From NCBI RefSeq assembly GCF_001194135.2, contig NC_068982.1, positions 158,095,169 through 158,135,946 on the forward strand: a DNA stretch of 40,778 bases. The letters are read 5' to 3'. How positions within the stretch are numbered: the stretch's first letter is position 1; each line of letters starts with the position of its first letter. Below the pieces are notes generated by a model, which did no database searches, had not been told where the DNA came from, and saw nothing but the letters and a program-made list of their open reading frames with translations. The DNA comes from Octopus bimaculoides (Eukaryota). Shown here in pieces: positions 21,976 through 34,363 of this stretch. The position numbers were made by a program, and so were the translations under genes.

Positions 21976-22378
21976 GGCGCAGGAGTGGCTGTGTGGTAAG
22001 TAGCTTGCCTACCAACCACATGGTTCTGGGTTCAGTCCCGCTGCGTGGCATCTTGGGCAAGTGTCTTCTCCTATAGCCCCGGCCGACCAAAGCCTTGTGA
22101 GTCGATTTGGTAGACGGAAACTGAAAGAAGCCCATCATATATATGTATATATATATATATGTGTGTGTGTGTTTACGTGTCTGTGTTTGTCCCCCAACAT
22201 CTCTTGACAACCGATGCCGGTGTGTTTATGTCCCCGTCAGCTAGCGGTTCGGCAAAAGAGACCAGTAGAGTAAGTACTAGGCTTACAAAGAATAAGTCCC
22301 GGGGTCGATTTGCGCGACTAAAGGCGGTGCTCCAGCATGGCCGCAGTCAAATGACTGAAACAAGTAAAAGAGAGAGTA
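21976..22378 (+). mobile_element. Full-length SINE family A (tRNA-derived, CORE-like, internal microsatellite, LINE-like tail)
   Basis: A-box-like TGGCTGTGTGG, B-box-like GGTTCAGTCCC, CORE-like TCTTGGGCAAGTGTCTT, TA/TG tract about 22137-22175, tail GGTGCTCCAGCATGGCCGCAGTCAAATGACTGAAAC. Resembles published octopus CORE-type SINEs (from memory). Confidence 0.92.
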
Positions 22379-22379
22379 T

Positions 22380-22520
22380 ATGTCTTTGCGTTTGTGTTTC
22401 CCTTACCTCCCAATCCTTTAACAACCAGTGGTGTTCTGTTCGAGTCCCCGTAACGCAACGGTTCAAAACCGTGTCCCAGCATGACTGCGGTCCAATGATT
22501 GAATCAACGGAAAAATACAA
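22380..22520 (+). mobile_element. SINE family A 3' part, deleted
   Basis: GTCCCCGTAACGCAACGGTTC...CCCAGCATGACTGCGGTCCAATGATTGAA. Confidence 0.7.
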
Positions 22521-23928
22521 GACACGTGTACAAATATAACTCCCCACAACCCCTACCCCCACATAATTATACGTTGTCAGTATTTGTCAGTTTTTCTCAG
22601 ACAGTGTTACAGATATTAAACGATTGTTTATCAATTACAATTTTTGAAAACCTCACTTTAATACATTGGTAGTTATTTGTTCCAAATGGATCATTAAGTG
22701 CGTATCAAACCTTGTCAACAACCACGCATGAATGAATATGGTCAGGTGAAAGCCAACCATCAAAAGACCGTACTACTGAATATATCTTATCTAGACATCT
22801 ATACAGAATTCTATTTGAGCACATACATGCTTTAACCCTGCAATGTGACATTAAACTACATTTGATGGTGAGCCTCCAGTTCTGAAGTTGTTGGGAGCGT
22901 GGAATTTCCCTTTATTTACCAGTACTCCCGAATTTTCTCTGACTCGGAACGGAATTACTTCTCAGGGTCCCATATATGTGTTAAATAGATTTCCCGGGGT
23001 ATAGGAAGCTCTCGTTATTTTTGACAAAGCGCTGGCGAAAGCAGTTCTCCGAGAAAAAAATACTCTGATATGAGTTGCAGTCAGAATATTATCAGTCATC
23101 TTGCAATGCTTGTCACTGTAACCTACTATAGTGACCGAGTGAGTAGGAATAGTGTTGTAGAAGCTTTTCCCACATAAATCCAACGATGCACCGATCACTT
23201 ACTGTTTATTTCATTTCTTGGCGCGTTATGTAAATCCGAGCAATCATGTGAAACGGCTGTCATCTGAATGTGAAATGACTGTCATCTGACAAGATGATGC
23301 AATCATCTTGACCATTACACATTATTTGCTTTATTTTTTCCTTTTCATACACTTAGGCACTCTATCTTCTATTAAGCATATTCTACTGTACTGAATTACT
23401 TGAAATTTTACTACTTTATAAACTTTTCCAAAATGACATTACTTTACTCCACCCATAAGATGTACTCAAGCTATAACTGGTATTTGCAATCTTATAAGGC
23501 CCGATCACCGACGAAACTTCGAGGGCACTGAAAAATCTTTACCTTTTACGGTATTTCAATATAATGAATGTTCTTTCTGTAAAAGCTTGTTTTATTTATG
23601 ATTATAAATGAAGCACATACACGCATGCACACACTCACACATACACGTGCATATATGTGATATATATATATATATATATATANNNNNNNNNNNNNNNNNN
23701 NNNNNNNNNNNNNNNNNNNNNNNNNNNNNNNNNNNNNNNNNNNNNNNNNNNNNNNNNNNNNNNNNNNNNNNNNNNNNNNNNNNNNNNNNNNNNNNNNNNN
23801 NNNNNNNNNNNNNNNNNNNNNNNNNNNNNNNNNNNNNNNNNNNNNNNNNNNNNNNNNNNNNNNNNNNNNNNNNNNNNNNNNNNNNNNNNNNNNNNNNNNN
23901 NNNNNNNNNNNNNNNNNNNNNNNNNNNN

Positions 23929-23969
<41 letters not shown>

Positions 23970-25512
23970 TTCACCAAAAGTCACTCGCATAAGAATGGCC
24001 ATTGGAAAGGTGATTACACTAGTGATGCTCAAGCATGGTCACAGTCTTTAGGATGTAACGTATAAACGAATATATAAGACACATACCAGTGAATTAACAT
24101 CCTAGCGGAATTTGCCTTTTTGTTGCGAGCAACGATGATCTTAAACTGACAGTTGATTTACACCTGTAAGGATAAATTTACACACTTTGTTTTGGTATTA
24201 CATGATACTGAGAGTAATTTACTATTAATTAAAGCCCAGAGATATAATATTTACTCTACATTACGTATTGAGTACTGTTCATTGTGTTCGTATTACTACA
24301 TTCTTTATAACTTTGTTGTATACATAATATAATGCATACACATATGATTTTCATTCTGATTATCAAATCTTGTTCGCTCTAATGGTACTATTCAGATTGG
24401 AAACTCCAGAAAATTTTGATTTGCTTGTTTTTCTTTTGTATATGTAAATATCTATTGTTAACAATTTAAGTCATTGACTGTAAAAATTCTGAGAGATGGA
24501 TGGAGAGATAGAAAGAAAGAGAGAGTGATCGTAAGCTTGAGAGTGGGTGATTAGCTCTCTCACTAGGTAGAGAGAGAGAGAGAGAGAGAGAGAAAATATA
24601 TATATAGAGAGAATTTTATTTAATTGACAGATAAAAAGAAAGTCAGATACACAGGCAGACAGAGATAGACAGTGATACAGACAGACAGACACATAGATTG
24701 ACAGACAAAATAGAAGTTGGTGGTAGTTATTGGCATAATTGCAGAGGCGAAAAAGCACACTACACATACATACAAACATACATACATACCTACGTACATA
24801 CACGCGCACACTAGGAAACACATACACATATGCATATATAGTGTACGTGTGTGATTTTAGAGGAAGAGGGACAGAGCAAAACGAAGGAATGAATGAGAAA
24901 GTGTGTAAAAGAAAAAATATTGGCATAAAATTTGAATAATTTGTTTTTATTCATTCTTATTGCGTTATGTAAATTGTAAAATCGAATGAATTTTCCGATT
25001 AATTTCCCTTTTAACAAATGTTTTGTGTGTTTTCTACAGATAGTTTCAATACAAAACTAATGTAAAGAGAAAGAGGAATGATTTAAAACCATTCCGTAAT
25101 GAAACTACAGTTTTACTCTATTTTTGAGTACATGTATTATATAATACCACTAATATCAACAGCAATTGTTTTATGAATGAAATATGGTAAAAATTGTGAA
25201 CTGCAATAATTATACTAGCCAAGCAGGTCGGGTAAGCGATGTGCGCATATCTGTATTGGACAGTAAACATTGCATTTAAATTATTATGTAAGAGTTCTTC
25301 AACTTATTTGGAAGACTTAATTGGAAATGTGATTATGTTGACTTTGACCATAGACATTTTACTTTTTATTTCCTTCATAATAATTTTGTAATTTATAATA
25401 CTCGGAGTTGTATAACAGGTTGGACCATATCGTTATTTGATATGCAACTTATTGATTTTTCCTAGAAGTTTATGAGTAAGATCGAAAACATGTATTGGGA
25501 TAATAAAATAAT

Positions 25513-25760
25513 GTGCGATGCGCCGTCGGTGTCTCGCCACCCATTCGTATACGTGTTGGTGCTTATCAGGAATCTATATTGTTGCTTCTACTTGGTATCA
25601 TGGACACGATCACTGCTGACATTCAGGGACCGGACCCTTAGGCACTGATGGTATGTCTTCTTCCGTACGACAGAAATCCTAGAACATCAAATATAGCATA
25701 GGTGGACGTAAATTTAGTGCAGCTGACATGTTTAAAGAGTGAATATATGAAATACGGGAC
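25513..25760 (+). mobile_element. Decayed RTE-type LINE reverse-transcriptase fragment
   Basis: Translation from 25513: VRCAVGVSPPIRIRVGAYQESILLLLLGIMDTITADIQGPDP*ALM, resembling the RTE RT motif VRxxxGxSxxFxVxVGxHQGSxLSPxLFxxxMDxxTxxxxxxxPWxxxxADD. Confidence 0.7.
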
Positions 25761-26299
25761 ACTACACAGTACTTCGATACCAATGCTAATATTACTGACT
25801 ACAATATATCATCAATATTAATGGCAGAATATTCACTTCAAGTAGCTGAGCTTCTCACTACAATATGATGACAATGTTCCTACCGATAGCTGGATACATG
25901 TCAAGTGTAATACAGGTTACACCCTATTGTCTTAGAAAAGGATAGCCATAATATAATGCACATTGTAGTTCAGTACTTATTTTACTACATAATATTTGTG
26001 ATCAAGGCTGGAACATATTTGATCAGTTCGATCAGCTTTAAGTATGAACCAAACAACAACAGCTACAACAACAAAACTACCAGCAACAAGATCAGTGAAG
26101 GTTGTGCGAAATGAAACATAAACAATAATATCATCTCATAAATTGCTTATTTTCGATAACAGTGAAATAATTTGGGCATATTCCTGTTGAGTTTATTTTC
26201 GTGAATGTACACTCTATTGTTTGTAGTTTAACATATAATGTTAATGATGTACTTAGTATCTTTTGGTGGGAATGAGACACACAAATACAAAGAGACAAA

Positions 26300-26465
26300 C
26301 TTATACACATACATACATGACGGGCATTCACACAGTTTTCGTCCACTAAATTCACTCAGGAGGTATTGATCAACTCGAGGCTATAGTAGAAGACACTCAA
26401 AGTTCCATGCTGTGAAACTCAACCCTAAACCGTGTGGCTGCAAAGCGAGTTTCTTAACCACACTG
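26300..26465 (-). mobile_element. SINE family A 5' half
   Basis: Reverse complement GTGTGGTTAAGAAACTCGC...GTGTCTTCTACTATAGCCTCGAG...GAATTTAGTGGACGAAAACTG. Confidence 0.75.
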
Positions 26466-27847
26466 TGAAACGTATTAATTTTAATTCCTTCCTGCTGACA
26501 GAAAATGTAAATTTAAAGGTACGTGTTAACAACTCACACGAAAGGAAGGGGAAGAGCTTAATTTAAATAAATTAATAATTAATTAATCAATTAATTAATA
26601 ATTAATTCATTCACATGTTCTGGGAAAAGAATATTTATTTGTTTGCCGGGAAGGAGCATCTTTGCATATATTTCAGTCTTTCTGCTACATTTTTGTCATC
26701 ATATTTTTCCAAATAAGTAAGGGATTTCATTTAATCAAGAAAGTCTTTAAATACGGCATTCAATACAGCACCGTTTTACTATTTGCATGATAGTTCTATT
26801 TCAGACAATTATGTAAATTATTCTGTTTATGTATATATCTAAAAATGTGCTAATACGATCCAATCTATATCTGTTGGTCTATACTAATGTGTGCCAGTCA
26901 CCCGTGATAAAATCAGAATTGTCCCTAGTGTGTAAACAAAGCTCAGACTGTTCTTTACGTAACAATATAGATGAACTTAAGAACCCAATTCTTCCTTTCT
27001 TAAATTTATATCCCTTTCTCTTTGTGAGTTGGTAGAAATTACTTTCAGTTATTTGTTTCCAGTCTCCCACTAAGAGGAAACGTTTATTCAACCAAAGGCT
27101 TGCGTACAGCATTCATTACACCACTCTTTAATTAAATACTCTGTCTCCGTGGTATTATTTTTCTTGATACATATTATTTTCATTTACGATAAATAATTAC
27201 AACACATCGATAGAAAAGAACAAGGTAGACATATTCCTGTAGCATTGATCTGCGAGACAGCACTCTTCAGAGATTGAATTCAGATAAATCAAGGAAGCTC
27301 TGAAGAACGAAGAATTTGACGCTTGAAGAATGACTGTCGCACAATCTGTTGTTTCACACACGAGTTTTGTTTTTGCTTATCTAGACTTCAAATTATTAGA
27401 GCGTCGGAGGAAATGGCAGAATGCCTTACAATATTTTCTACGACTGAGTTTAAAATTGAGTTTAAATTCCGTGATCACTTTGACTTTCGTATTTTGGAGC
27501 CCCATAACATAGAAAACACCAATTCAAAGGAGTTTATAGACAACTGCAAGGACGTCGCACTGGTTGCCCTTTTAGCATTTTCACCAGCCGCTTGTAGTTT
27601 AAATTCAAACCCCACTAAGGGTTACATGGGTGGTAGATTTAATCCGTCGCTCAGATTAACAGCACCACATAGTATCTCGGAAGACTTTAGCGAAGATCAA
27701 ACGTGTAAATAATCGTGCCAACTTTCCAGATTGTGCATAAAATTCTTCGTTTCTCTCATCAGTTTTGAAAGAACTGTAACGAGTGATTGGTACTACCTTC
27801 GTTCGTAACCAAAAACTAGCAAAAAAAGAAAAAAACAAGAAAATATC

Positions 27848-27931
27848 AGGCGTGGCTGTGTGGTAAAAAGTTTGCTTCCCGAGCCAACCATTGTAAATGG
27901 ATTTGGTAGACGGAAACGGAAATAAACCCAT
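27848..27931 (+). mobile_element. SINE family A head, deleted, running into an assembly gap
   Basis: GGCGTGGCTGTGTGGTAAAAAGTTTGCTTCC...GGATTTGGTAGACGGAAAC. Confidence 0.75.
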
Positions 27932-28884
27932 NNNNNNNNNNNNNNNNNNNNNNNNNNNNNNNNNNNNNNNNNNNNNNNNNNNNNNNNNNNNNNNNNNNNN
28001 NNNNNNNNNNNNNNNNNNNNNNNNNNNNNNNNNNNNNNNNNNNNNNNNNNNNNNNNNNNNNNNNNNNNNNNNNNNNNNNNNNNNNNNNNNNNNNNNNNNN
28101 NNNNNNNNNNNNNNNNNNNNNNNNNNNNNNNNNNNNNNNNNNNNNNNNNNNNNNNNNNNNNNNNNNNNNNNNNNNNNNNNNNNNNNNNNNNNNNNNNNNN
28201 NNNNNNNNNNNNNNNNNNNNNNNNNNNNNNNNNNNNNNNNNNNNNNNNNNNNNNNNNNNNNNNNNNNNNNNNNNNNNNNNNNNNNNNNNNNNNNNNNNNN
28301 NNNNNNNNNNNNNNNNNNNNNNNNNNNNNNNNNNNNNNNNNNNNNNNNNNNNNNNNNNNNNNNNNNNNNNNNNNNNNNNNNNNNNNNNNNNNNNNNNNNN
28401 NNNNNNNNNNNNNNNNNNNNNNNNNNNNNNNNNNNNNNNNNNNNNNNNNNNNNNNNNNNNNNNNNNNNNNNNNNNNNNNNNNNNNNNNNNNNNNNNNNNN
28501 NNNNNNNNNNNNNNNNNNNNNNNNNNNNNNNNNNNNNNNNNNNNNNNNNNNNNNNNNNNNNNNNNNNNNNNNNNNNNNNNNNNNNNNNNNNNNNNNNNNN
28601 NNNNNNGAATACTTACATATATGTTGCTAGTCTATTTTGTCTCTCTGTCTTCTCTCCTGGTGGTGTATGAAATTTAATGTGGTTTTAGAGTCTTGGCTGC
28701 TATTTCCAGCGTGGTGGTATCTCTTAGATACCCTAAATTATAATTTAAATAATAATTATTACCTTTGAAGGTTTTTATTCCCATGCTGGCCACCTGATAA
28801 GATTGATATTTAAATAACGATCTTCCCCTTATTTATACATATATGGAGAGAGAAAGAAAGAGAGATTGAGGGGGAGAGAGTGCG

Positions 28885-29090
28885 TGTATGTCTTTTTGTC
28901 TGTGTTTGTTCTCTATCGTCGCTTGACAACCGGTATTGTTTTGTTTACGTCCCTGTAAATGAGTTATTCGGCAAAAGAGACCGATAGCATCAGGCTTCAA
29001 AAAATAAGTACTGTGATAGATTTGTTCGACTAAATCCATCAACGAAGTTCTCCAGCATTGCCGCAGCCCAATGACTGAAACAAAGAAGAA
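28885..29090 (+). mobile_element. SINE family A 3' half with tail
   Basis: GCTTGACAACCGG...GTTTACGTCCC...GGCAAAAGAGACCGATAG...CTCCAGCATTGCCGCAGCCCAATGACTGAAAC. Confidence 0.85.
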
Positions 29091-29437
29091 ACAAACATAT
29101 TAATGTTTATTTTTATATCAAGTTTCATATAAAACAGTTTAACATTAAAATGAAAGTTTACTGAATAGTTTACAATGGAGTCTATATTTAATAATTTTCA
29201 CAATGGAAAAGTTGACAATAACTTCAGGCGAGCAAGCTAAAATTTCGAAGCCATTGTCAGCGTTCTCCTCGTAAAGGTACGTACGTACATACATATATGC
29301 ATACGTACGTTCATATGTATGTACATACATACGTTCGTACACGCACACACATATATAGAGAGAGTAGATTCAATGAACAAAAATTTCAAAAAAGCGAAGG
29401 TAAAAAGAACGTGAGGATGTGCACAAGAATTATATAC

Positions 29438-29491
<54 letters not shown>

Positions 29492-30361
29492 TTGTTAGGA
29501 GCGACAGAAGCAGAATTAGTTAAAAAAAATAATCTGTTGTGTATTAGGATCAAAGCAGTTTTATCGTTGAAACGAGTTTTCGTCTCGAGATAGCATCTCT
29601 TGTAGACGTATGATGTTAATATATATATATATANNNNNNNNNNNNNNNNNNNNNNNNNNNNNNNNNNNNNNNNNNNNNNNNNNNNNNNNNNNNNNNNNNN
29701 NNNNNNNNNNNNNNNNNNNNNNNNNNNNNNNNNNNNNNNNNNNNNNNNNNNNNNNNNNNNNNNNNNNNNNNNNNNNNNNNNNNNNNNNNNNNNNNNNNNN
29801 NNNNNNNNNNNNNNNNNNNNNNNNNNNNNNNNNNNNNNNNNNNNNNNNNNNNNNNNNNNNNNNNNNNNNNNNNNNNNNNNNNNNNNNNNNNNNNNNNNNN
29901 NNNNNNNNNNNNNNNNNNNNNNNNNNNNNNNNNNNNNNNNNNNNNNNNNNNNNNNNNNNNNNNNNNNNNNTATATATATATATATATATATATCAGAAGC
30001 AGTCGCGAATCACCCAGCAGTGATAGGGGCACTGGAGATGAGACAGCTAGTAGCGACATCCCTTTTCTTCCCCTTCTTTTTAGCACACTACGTCTAGAAG
30101 TGTTGCTATCTCAAGACGAATACCGCAGTTTATCAGTCTTTCAAGGATGTATCTGCTTTAAGTATGTTAGTCGGATTGCTATTTTGAGCCAATACTGCTT
30201 CTGTCACTCGGAAGTATTTTTTATTCAGTGTTTGGCGATGGACCAGCAAGGCTGTGCTCCAATGACTGAAGCAAGTAAAAGAGTATTATGTAGAGTGAAT
30301 GTGTTTCATACTTGGAAGTGAACCAAATTTGAGCTCAGCTATTTCACAGAGCTCAGGTCTT

Positions 30362-30590
30362 CAAGCGGCGAATATGCAGCGAGCTGGCACAAACGTTAAG
30401 CACACCGGGCGAAATGCTTAGCGGTATTTCTTCTGTCCTAACATTCTGAGTTCGAATTCCACCGAGGTCGACTTTGCCTTTCATCCTTTCGGGGTCGATA
30501 AATTAAATACCAGTTGCGTACTGTAATCGATCTAATCGATTGGCCGCTTCCCCCAAAATTTCGGGCCTTGTGCCTAGAGTAGAAAAGAAC
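30362..30590 (+). mobile_element. SINE family B
   Basis: GCGAGCTGGCACAAACGTTAAGCACACCGGGCGAAATGCTTAGCGG...GAGTTCGAATTCC...AGAGTAGAAAAGAA. Confidence 0.9.
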
Positions 30591-30594
30591 ATGC

Positions 30595-30690
30595 ACATAC
30601 ATACATACATACATACATACATACATACATACATACACACATATATACATACATACATACATACATACATACATACATACATACATACAC
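30595..30690. repeat. (TACA)n microsatellite, probably the expanded 3' tail of the adjacent RTE LINE
   Basis: Direct reading; abuts the minus-strand 3' end of the RTE remnant. Confidence 0.85.
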
Positions 30691-32395
30691 GTATGCTGAT
30701 TGCTTCACCGTCACGGATGATTGTTGTCTCTTGAGCTTCCTCGTTGCCAATGACATTTTTGACATTCTGTCTATGACCTCTAATATGACTTTTCTTTCTT
30801 GCTGCAGATTTGCATTGTTTGAAACTTAGGTGAGAGACGAAAGTTGTAACTTCCACAGGATTGATTGGAACACTTTGTGAGATGTGATCTTCGTGAACCG
30901 CCATGAGTCTCTTCAACTCCGAAGTCGTCTTGCTCTCCTATCACACACTACACGCATTGAATTATCTAGTCGAGGAGGAAGAACGTTACATACAATTCAT
31001 GGGGTTTCAGATGGTCGACATATTCAACTTTGAAAGGAGTTCGCAGCCGCACGTATCACACTTCCAACATTTCATACTCCCGTTGACGCTGTGATAGTTA
31101 CCCTTTCGGAACCAGCGCTTTAGGCTTTCGTGCACAATGTGGTCTTTTCCAAAAGTTTTACAACATTCCCTTATACAGCCCTTTCCAAGTAGAACAACTT
31201 ATTTGAAATCCAATTATCTTCCATACGCACAACATCGCCAGCCCAATACATCTGAGTAGATATGATAAGTGACTGGATGATTGTGCATTGTGAATTTGCA
31301 AGAACATTTGTCAGGTGTTTTACTTTGCCATTTAATGCTGAGTATGTGTCTCAAATATTTTTGACGAAAGCATTTAAGCAGCTTGAGATGCTTACTGTCC
31401 ATGTTTTAGAAGAGTACAGCAGAGCCTTGTAAACGCTCAGTTTGATCTTGCTGGTGATACTGCTATTTGCTTAGACTCTCCAAGTTTCCCAAATGCTACA
31501 GATGGTTTCTGAATATATGGATGCATTTTTTCATCTAAGGAGTCATCTCTCGACAACGTGCTGCTCAGGTAAATAAAAATGCCAACTACATCCAATCTTT
31601 TACCGTATCCTACAATATCTGGCTCGTCATATCTGCATCACCTGATGCAGGTGTGAATATTATCTTGTCTTTTTTTTTAGACTTATTTTAAGATCAAATG
31701 TCGTACATGAAGCAGCAGAACGATTCATAATGTGCTGTATGTCATGAGCAGTGTAAGCTAGAGAAGCATTATCATAAAGCAATTTCCTGATCAAAGTCTC
31801 AAACGTTTCAGACTTGAAGGTGAAGCTTTTCAATTTGAAGACTTTTCCAATAGTTCTGAACTGCAAGAGAACGTTCTTATCACTGTCGTGGAATGCATGG
31901 TTAAGCAGAACAGCAACAAATATCGGAAAAGTGTGTGAGCAGGAGTATCGTCTTGCTTTACGCTATTGTCAATCGGAACCTCGCTATAGAGATTTATTTT
32001 AAAGACAACCGAGAGTCCATGTCTTGGTGCAACTGCTTAAATGTTTTTCTTGTATCTGTCTTGCAAAAAATATCACGACGACTCCCCCTCTACCTGACCT
32101 AAATATACGTTTTGAATTTGGAATCACTGAAGGACAGATATCTTCCATCAAACTTTGCCGATATCTTCCAGGAGCGTGATAACACGATAGTGGTCACAAA
32201 TTTCCTTTTCCTCCCATACCATTTACCATCTTCACATAGAATGCTATGAAACAACTTCGAATCTTTTGCATCGAAGGCTCTTTGAATCTCTGACGAAACC
32301 ACTCATTCTTAGTTCTTCTTAGTTACAGTTGCAACGTTGTTTTGTATTCCCTATATTCCTTACAAATCCTCTCCATAATAGGCTGTAGGGAAGGG
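30690..32395 (-). mobile_element. Decayed RTE-clade (BovB-like) LINE ORF with many frameshifts
   Basis: Minus-strand peptides VIFFARQIQEK, PIDNSVKQ, LIRKLLYDNASLAYTAHDIQHIMNRSAASCTTFDLKISLKKT, HLKLLKCFRQKYLRHILSIKWQ and C-terminal KQCKSAARKKSHIRGH match RTE RT and C-terminal motifs in the expected order. Confidence 0.88.
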
Positions 32396-32703
32396 CACTG
32401 GCTCTGATTTTTTTTACATTTTAATTACCTACCTACCTACCTACCTACCTACATATATACGTAACACACGTGTGTGTCGAAATATATGTAAGTCATTGTT
32501 ATATATACTGGAGAAAACGTTTTAATAAAATGTTTTGAATGTGAATCAATCTCCACTCTCCTCTTTGTTATCAGTTATATTTATTTATTTATATACAGCA
32601 GTCGGTATACAGCACTTACTCGGTATTACCTGTATCCTCTTGGGTTTGCTTAAATCCAATACCTTCCTCAACTTTATTTATATATCTATATATTTGTGTG
32701 AGA

Positions 32704-32830
32704 AGAAGACCATAGGTGGTCTGACCACTAAGAAAAGATTGTTCTCAAGAAAATTCAGCAAATTTCTGGCGTTTGCTGAATTTTCTTGAGAACAATCATT
32801 TCTTAGTGGCCAGACCATAGGTGGTCTTCT
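32704..32830. repeat. Long near-perfect inverted repeat (46-bp stem, 9-nt loop, extra outer 9-bp arms)
   Basis: 32717-32762 versus 32772-32817 with 2 mismatches; outer AGAAGACCA (32704-32712) pairs with TGGTCTTCT (32822-32830). Confidence 0.95.
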
Positions 32831-33930
32831 CCTAGCATAATGGATGTCTACTTAGTGGTCATCCCTCTTATATGTATGTAATATAATTTTTCTGAATCTT
32901 CAGATTTTTTAATATGCTAAGCCACAGGTTTTAAATTGATATTAATTAAATTAATATTCAATTTTCCACCCTTATTATTTAAATTTATATATTTGTATGT
33001 GGATTTGTGATTCTCTGTCGTTCAGTGTTGAAGATTTAGTGGTTTGATCAAATGAATTGTCTGTTCCTGAATTGAAGTAATTTTCCAGCAATACTTGAGT
33101 GACACGACGTACGAAAAGGCTGTACCGTTTGGATTACTCGGACAGTGTATTTGGCGGGCTTCTGCACAGTTTCTGTGTTTCAGTATCTGCCTACAGTGTA
33201 TGTTTTAATACAAAAACACAAATTTATAGAAAACGGCTAACACATGATACCCCGGAATCTCGAAGCAAAAGTCTTGGCCATGAAGCCACATGCATGTACG
33301 CATGCACGTACGCGCGCGCACACACGTTGGTTTTCCTTGTATTATTTATTTAGAAACCATCATCTAATTACCTGTCTATAAATGTATACAACAACTCATC
33401 TATGCATCAATGCATGCATGCATCCATCGACGCATTGTTCCATTGTAGAGGTACACATGACTGCATACTCTGTACTTATACAATATAGCCACAAGTATTT
33501 TGGTAATACCATTTACGTGGCAGCTCATATGCTAAAAATAAAAGGATAATAACGGACACCATTGCCCTTAATAATTCAAGCACACATAGGGAAATTGATT
33601 TATTGAAAATGCTAGTAGTATCACTGTAATTGTAACTGACGTATATACAAATAGCAGAAGACAGGAACTGTGGTAAAACAAAACGTGGAATATGACTGAC
33701 GGATGAAATTAGAATTTCTTCTTGTATATTCTATATCAACTTATTTTTCAGAAACACTAATGGGTGACATTCAAATATATGTTTATTTAAAATTGTATAG
33801 CTGATGTTGTTGTCAATTCATTATGAATAATACACACACAGACACGCTTCTCTCTGTATCCCGCAAACACACAGAAATACATATGCAACAGAGAGAGAAA
33901 GGTAGATAGAGATAGTATGTGTGTGTGTGT

Positions 33931-33933
<3 letters not shown>

Positions 33934-34003
<70 letters not shown>
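33934..34003. repeat. (GA)n microsatellite
   Basis: Direct reading. Confidence 0.95.
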
Positions 34004-34005
<2 letters not shown>

Positions 34006-34311
34006 TGAGTGATATTCAGTCATGTATATAAACAAATGTACTAATATGTTTTTAAATAAGTATATAGTTTGCACGTGACTCATACTATAGCTGCCACAGA
34101 TATATTATTCTTAAACAAATGTGGCTAAATAAATTATACCGCAGCTTGCAGATATAGCGGCGACAACTACCTACCTAAATCCTGTCCATCCACGTGGACC
34201 TAAGAACAAAGAAAATAATTATGCTACTTCCACACCTATATTACCACTTGATCTGTGTTGACTAATAATAGAAACCTAACATCTTGAAGCCTTCTTGAAT
34301 TTTATCATATC

Positions 34312-34363
34312 CAGTTACCGGAGACGTCCGATGAGTTAGGTTCGTTCTATGAGCCTACGAAAC
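34312..34363 (+). ncRNA. Degenerate hammerhead-like motif (core CCGAUGA)
   Basis: CCGATGA-GTTAGGTTC-GTTCTAT-GAGCCTAC-GAAAC: 8-bp stem II between near-consensus core halves; U4 replaced by C; stems I and III weak. Confidence 0.35.

Noticed and set aside
21976-22050. Functional tRNA gene
   Set aside because: A and B boxes are present but there is no complete cloverleaf, and it continues into SINE body; it is a SINE head.
22300-22365. SINE A tail as an HDV-like or twister ribozyme
   Set aside because: It folds into simple hairpins; no nested double pseudoknot or twister consensus could be placed.
27742-27765. Minus-strand CTGATGAGAGAAACG
   Set aside because: Only 2 nt between the core halves; no helices.
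32813-32835. Hairpin plus CTAG as a Helitron 3' end
   Set aside because: Not followed by T, no TC 5' end was identified, and the hairpin is explained by the larger inverted repeat.
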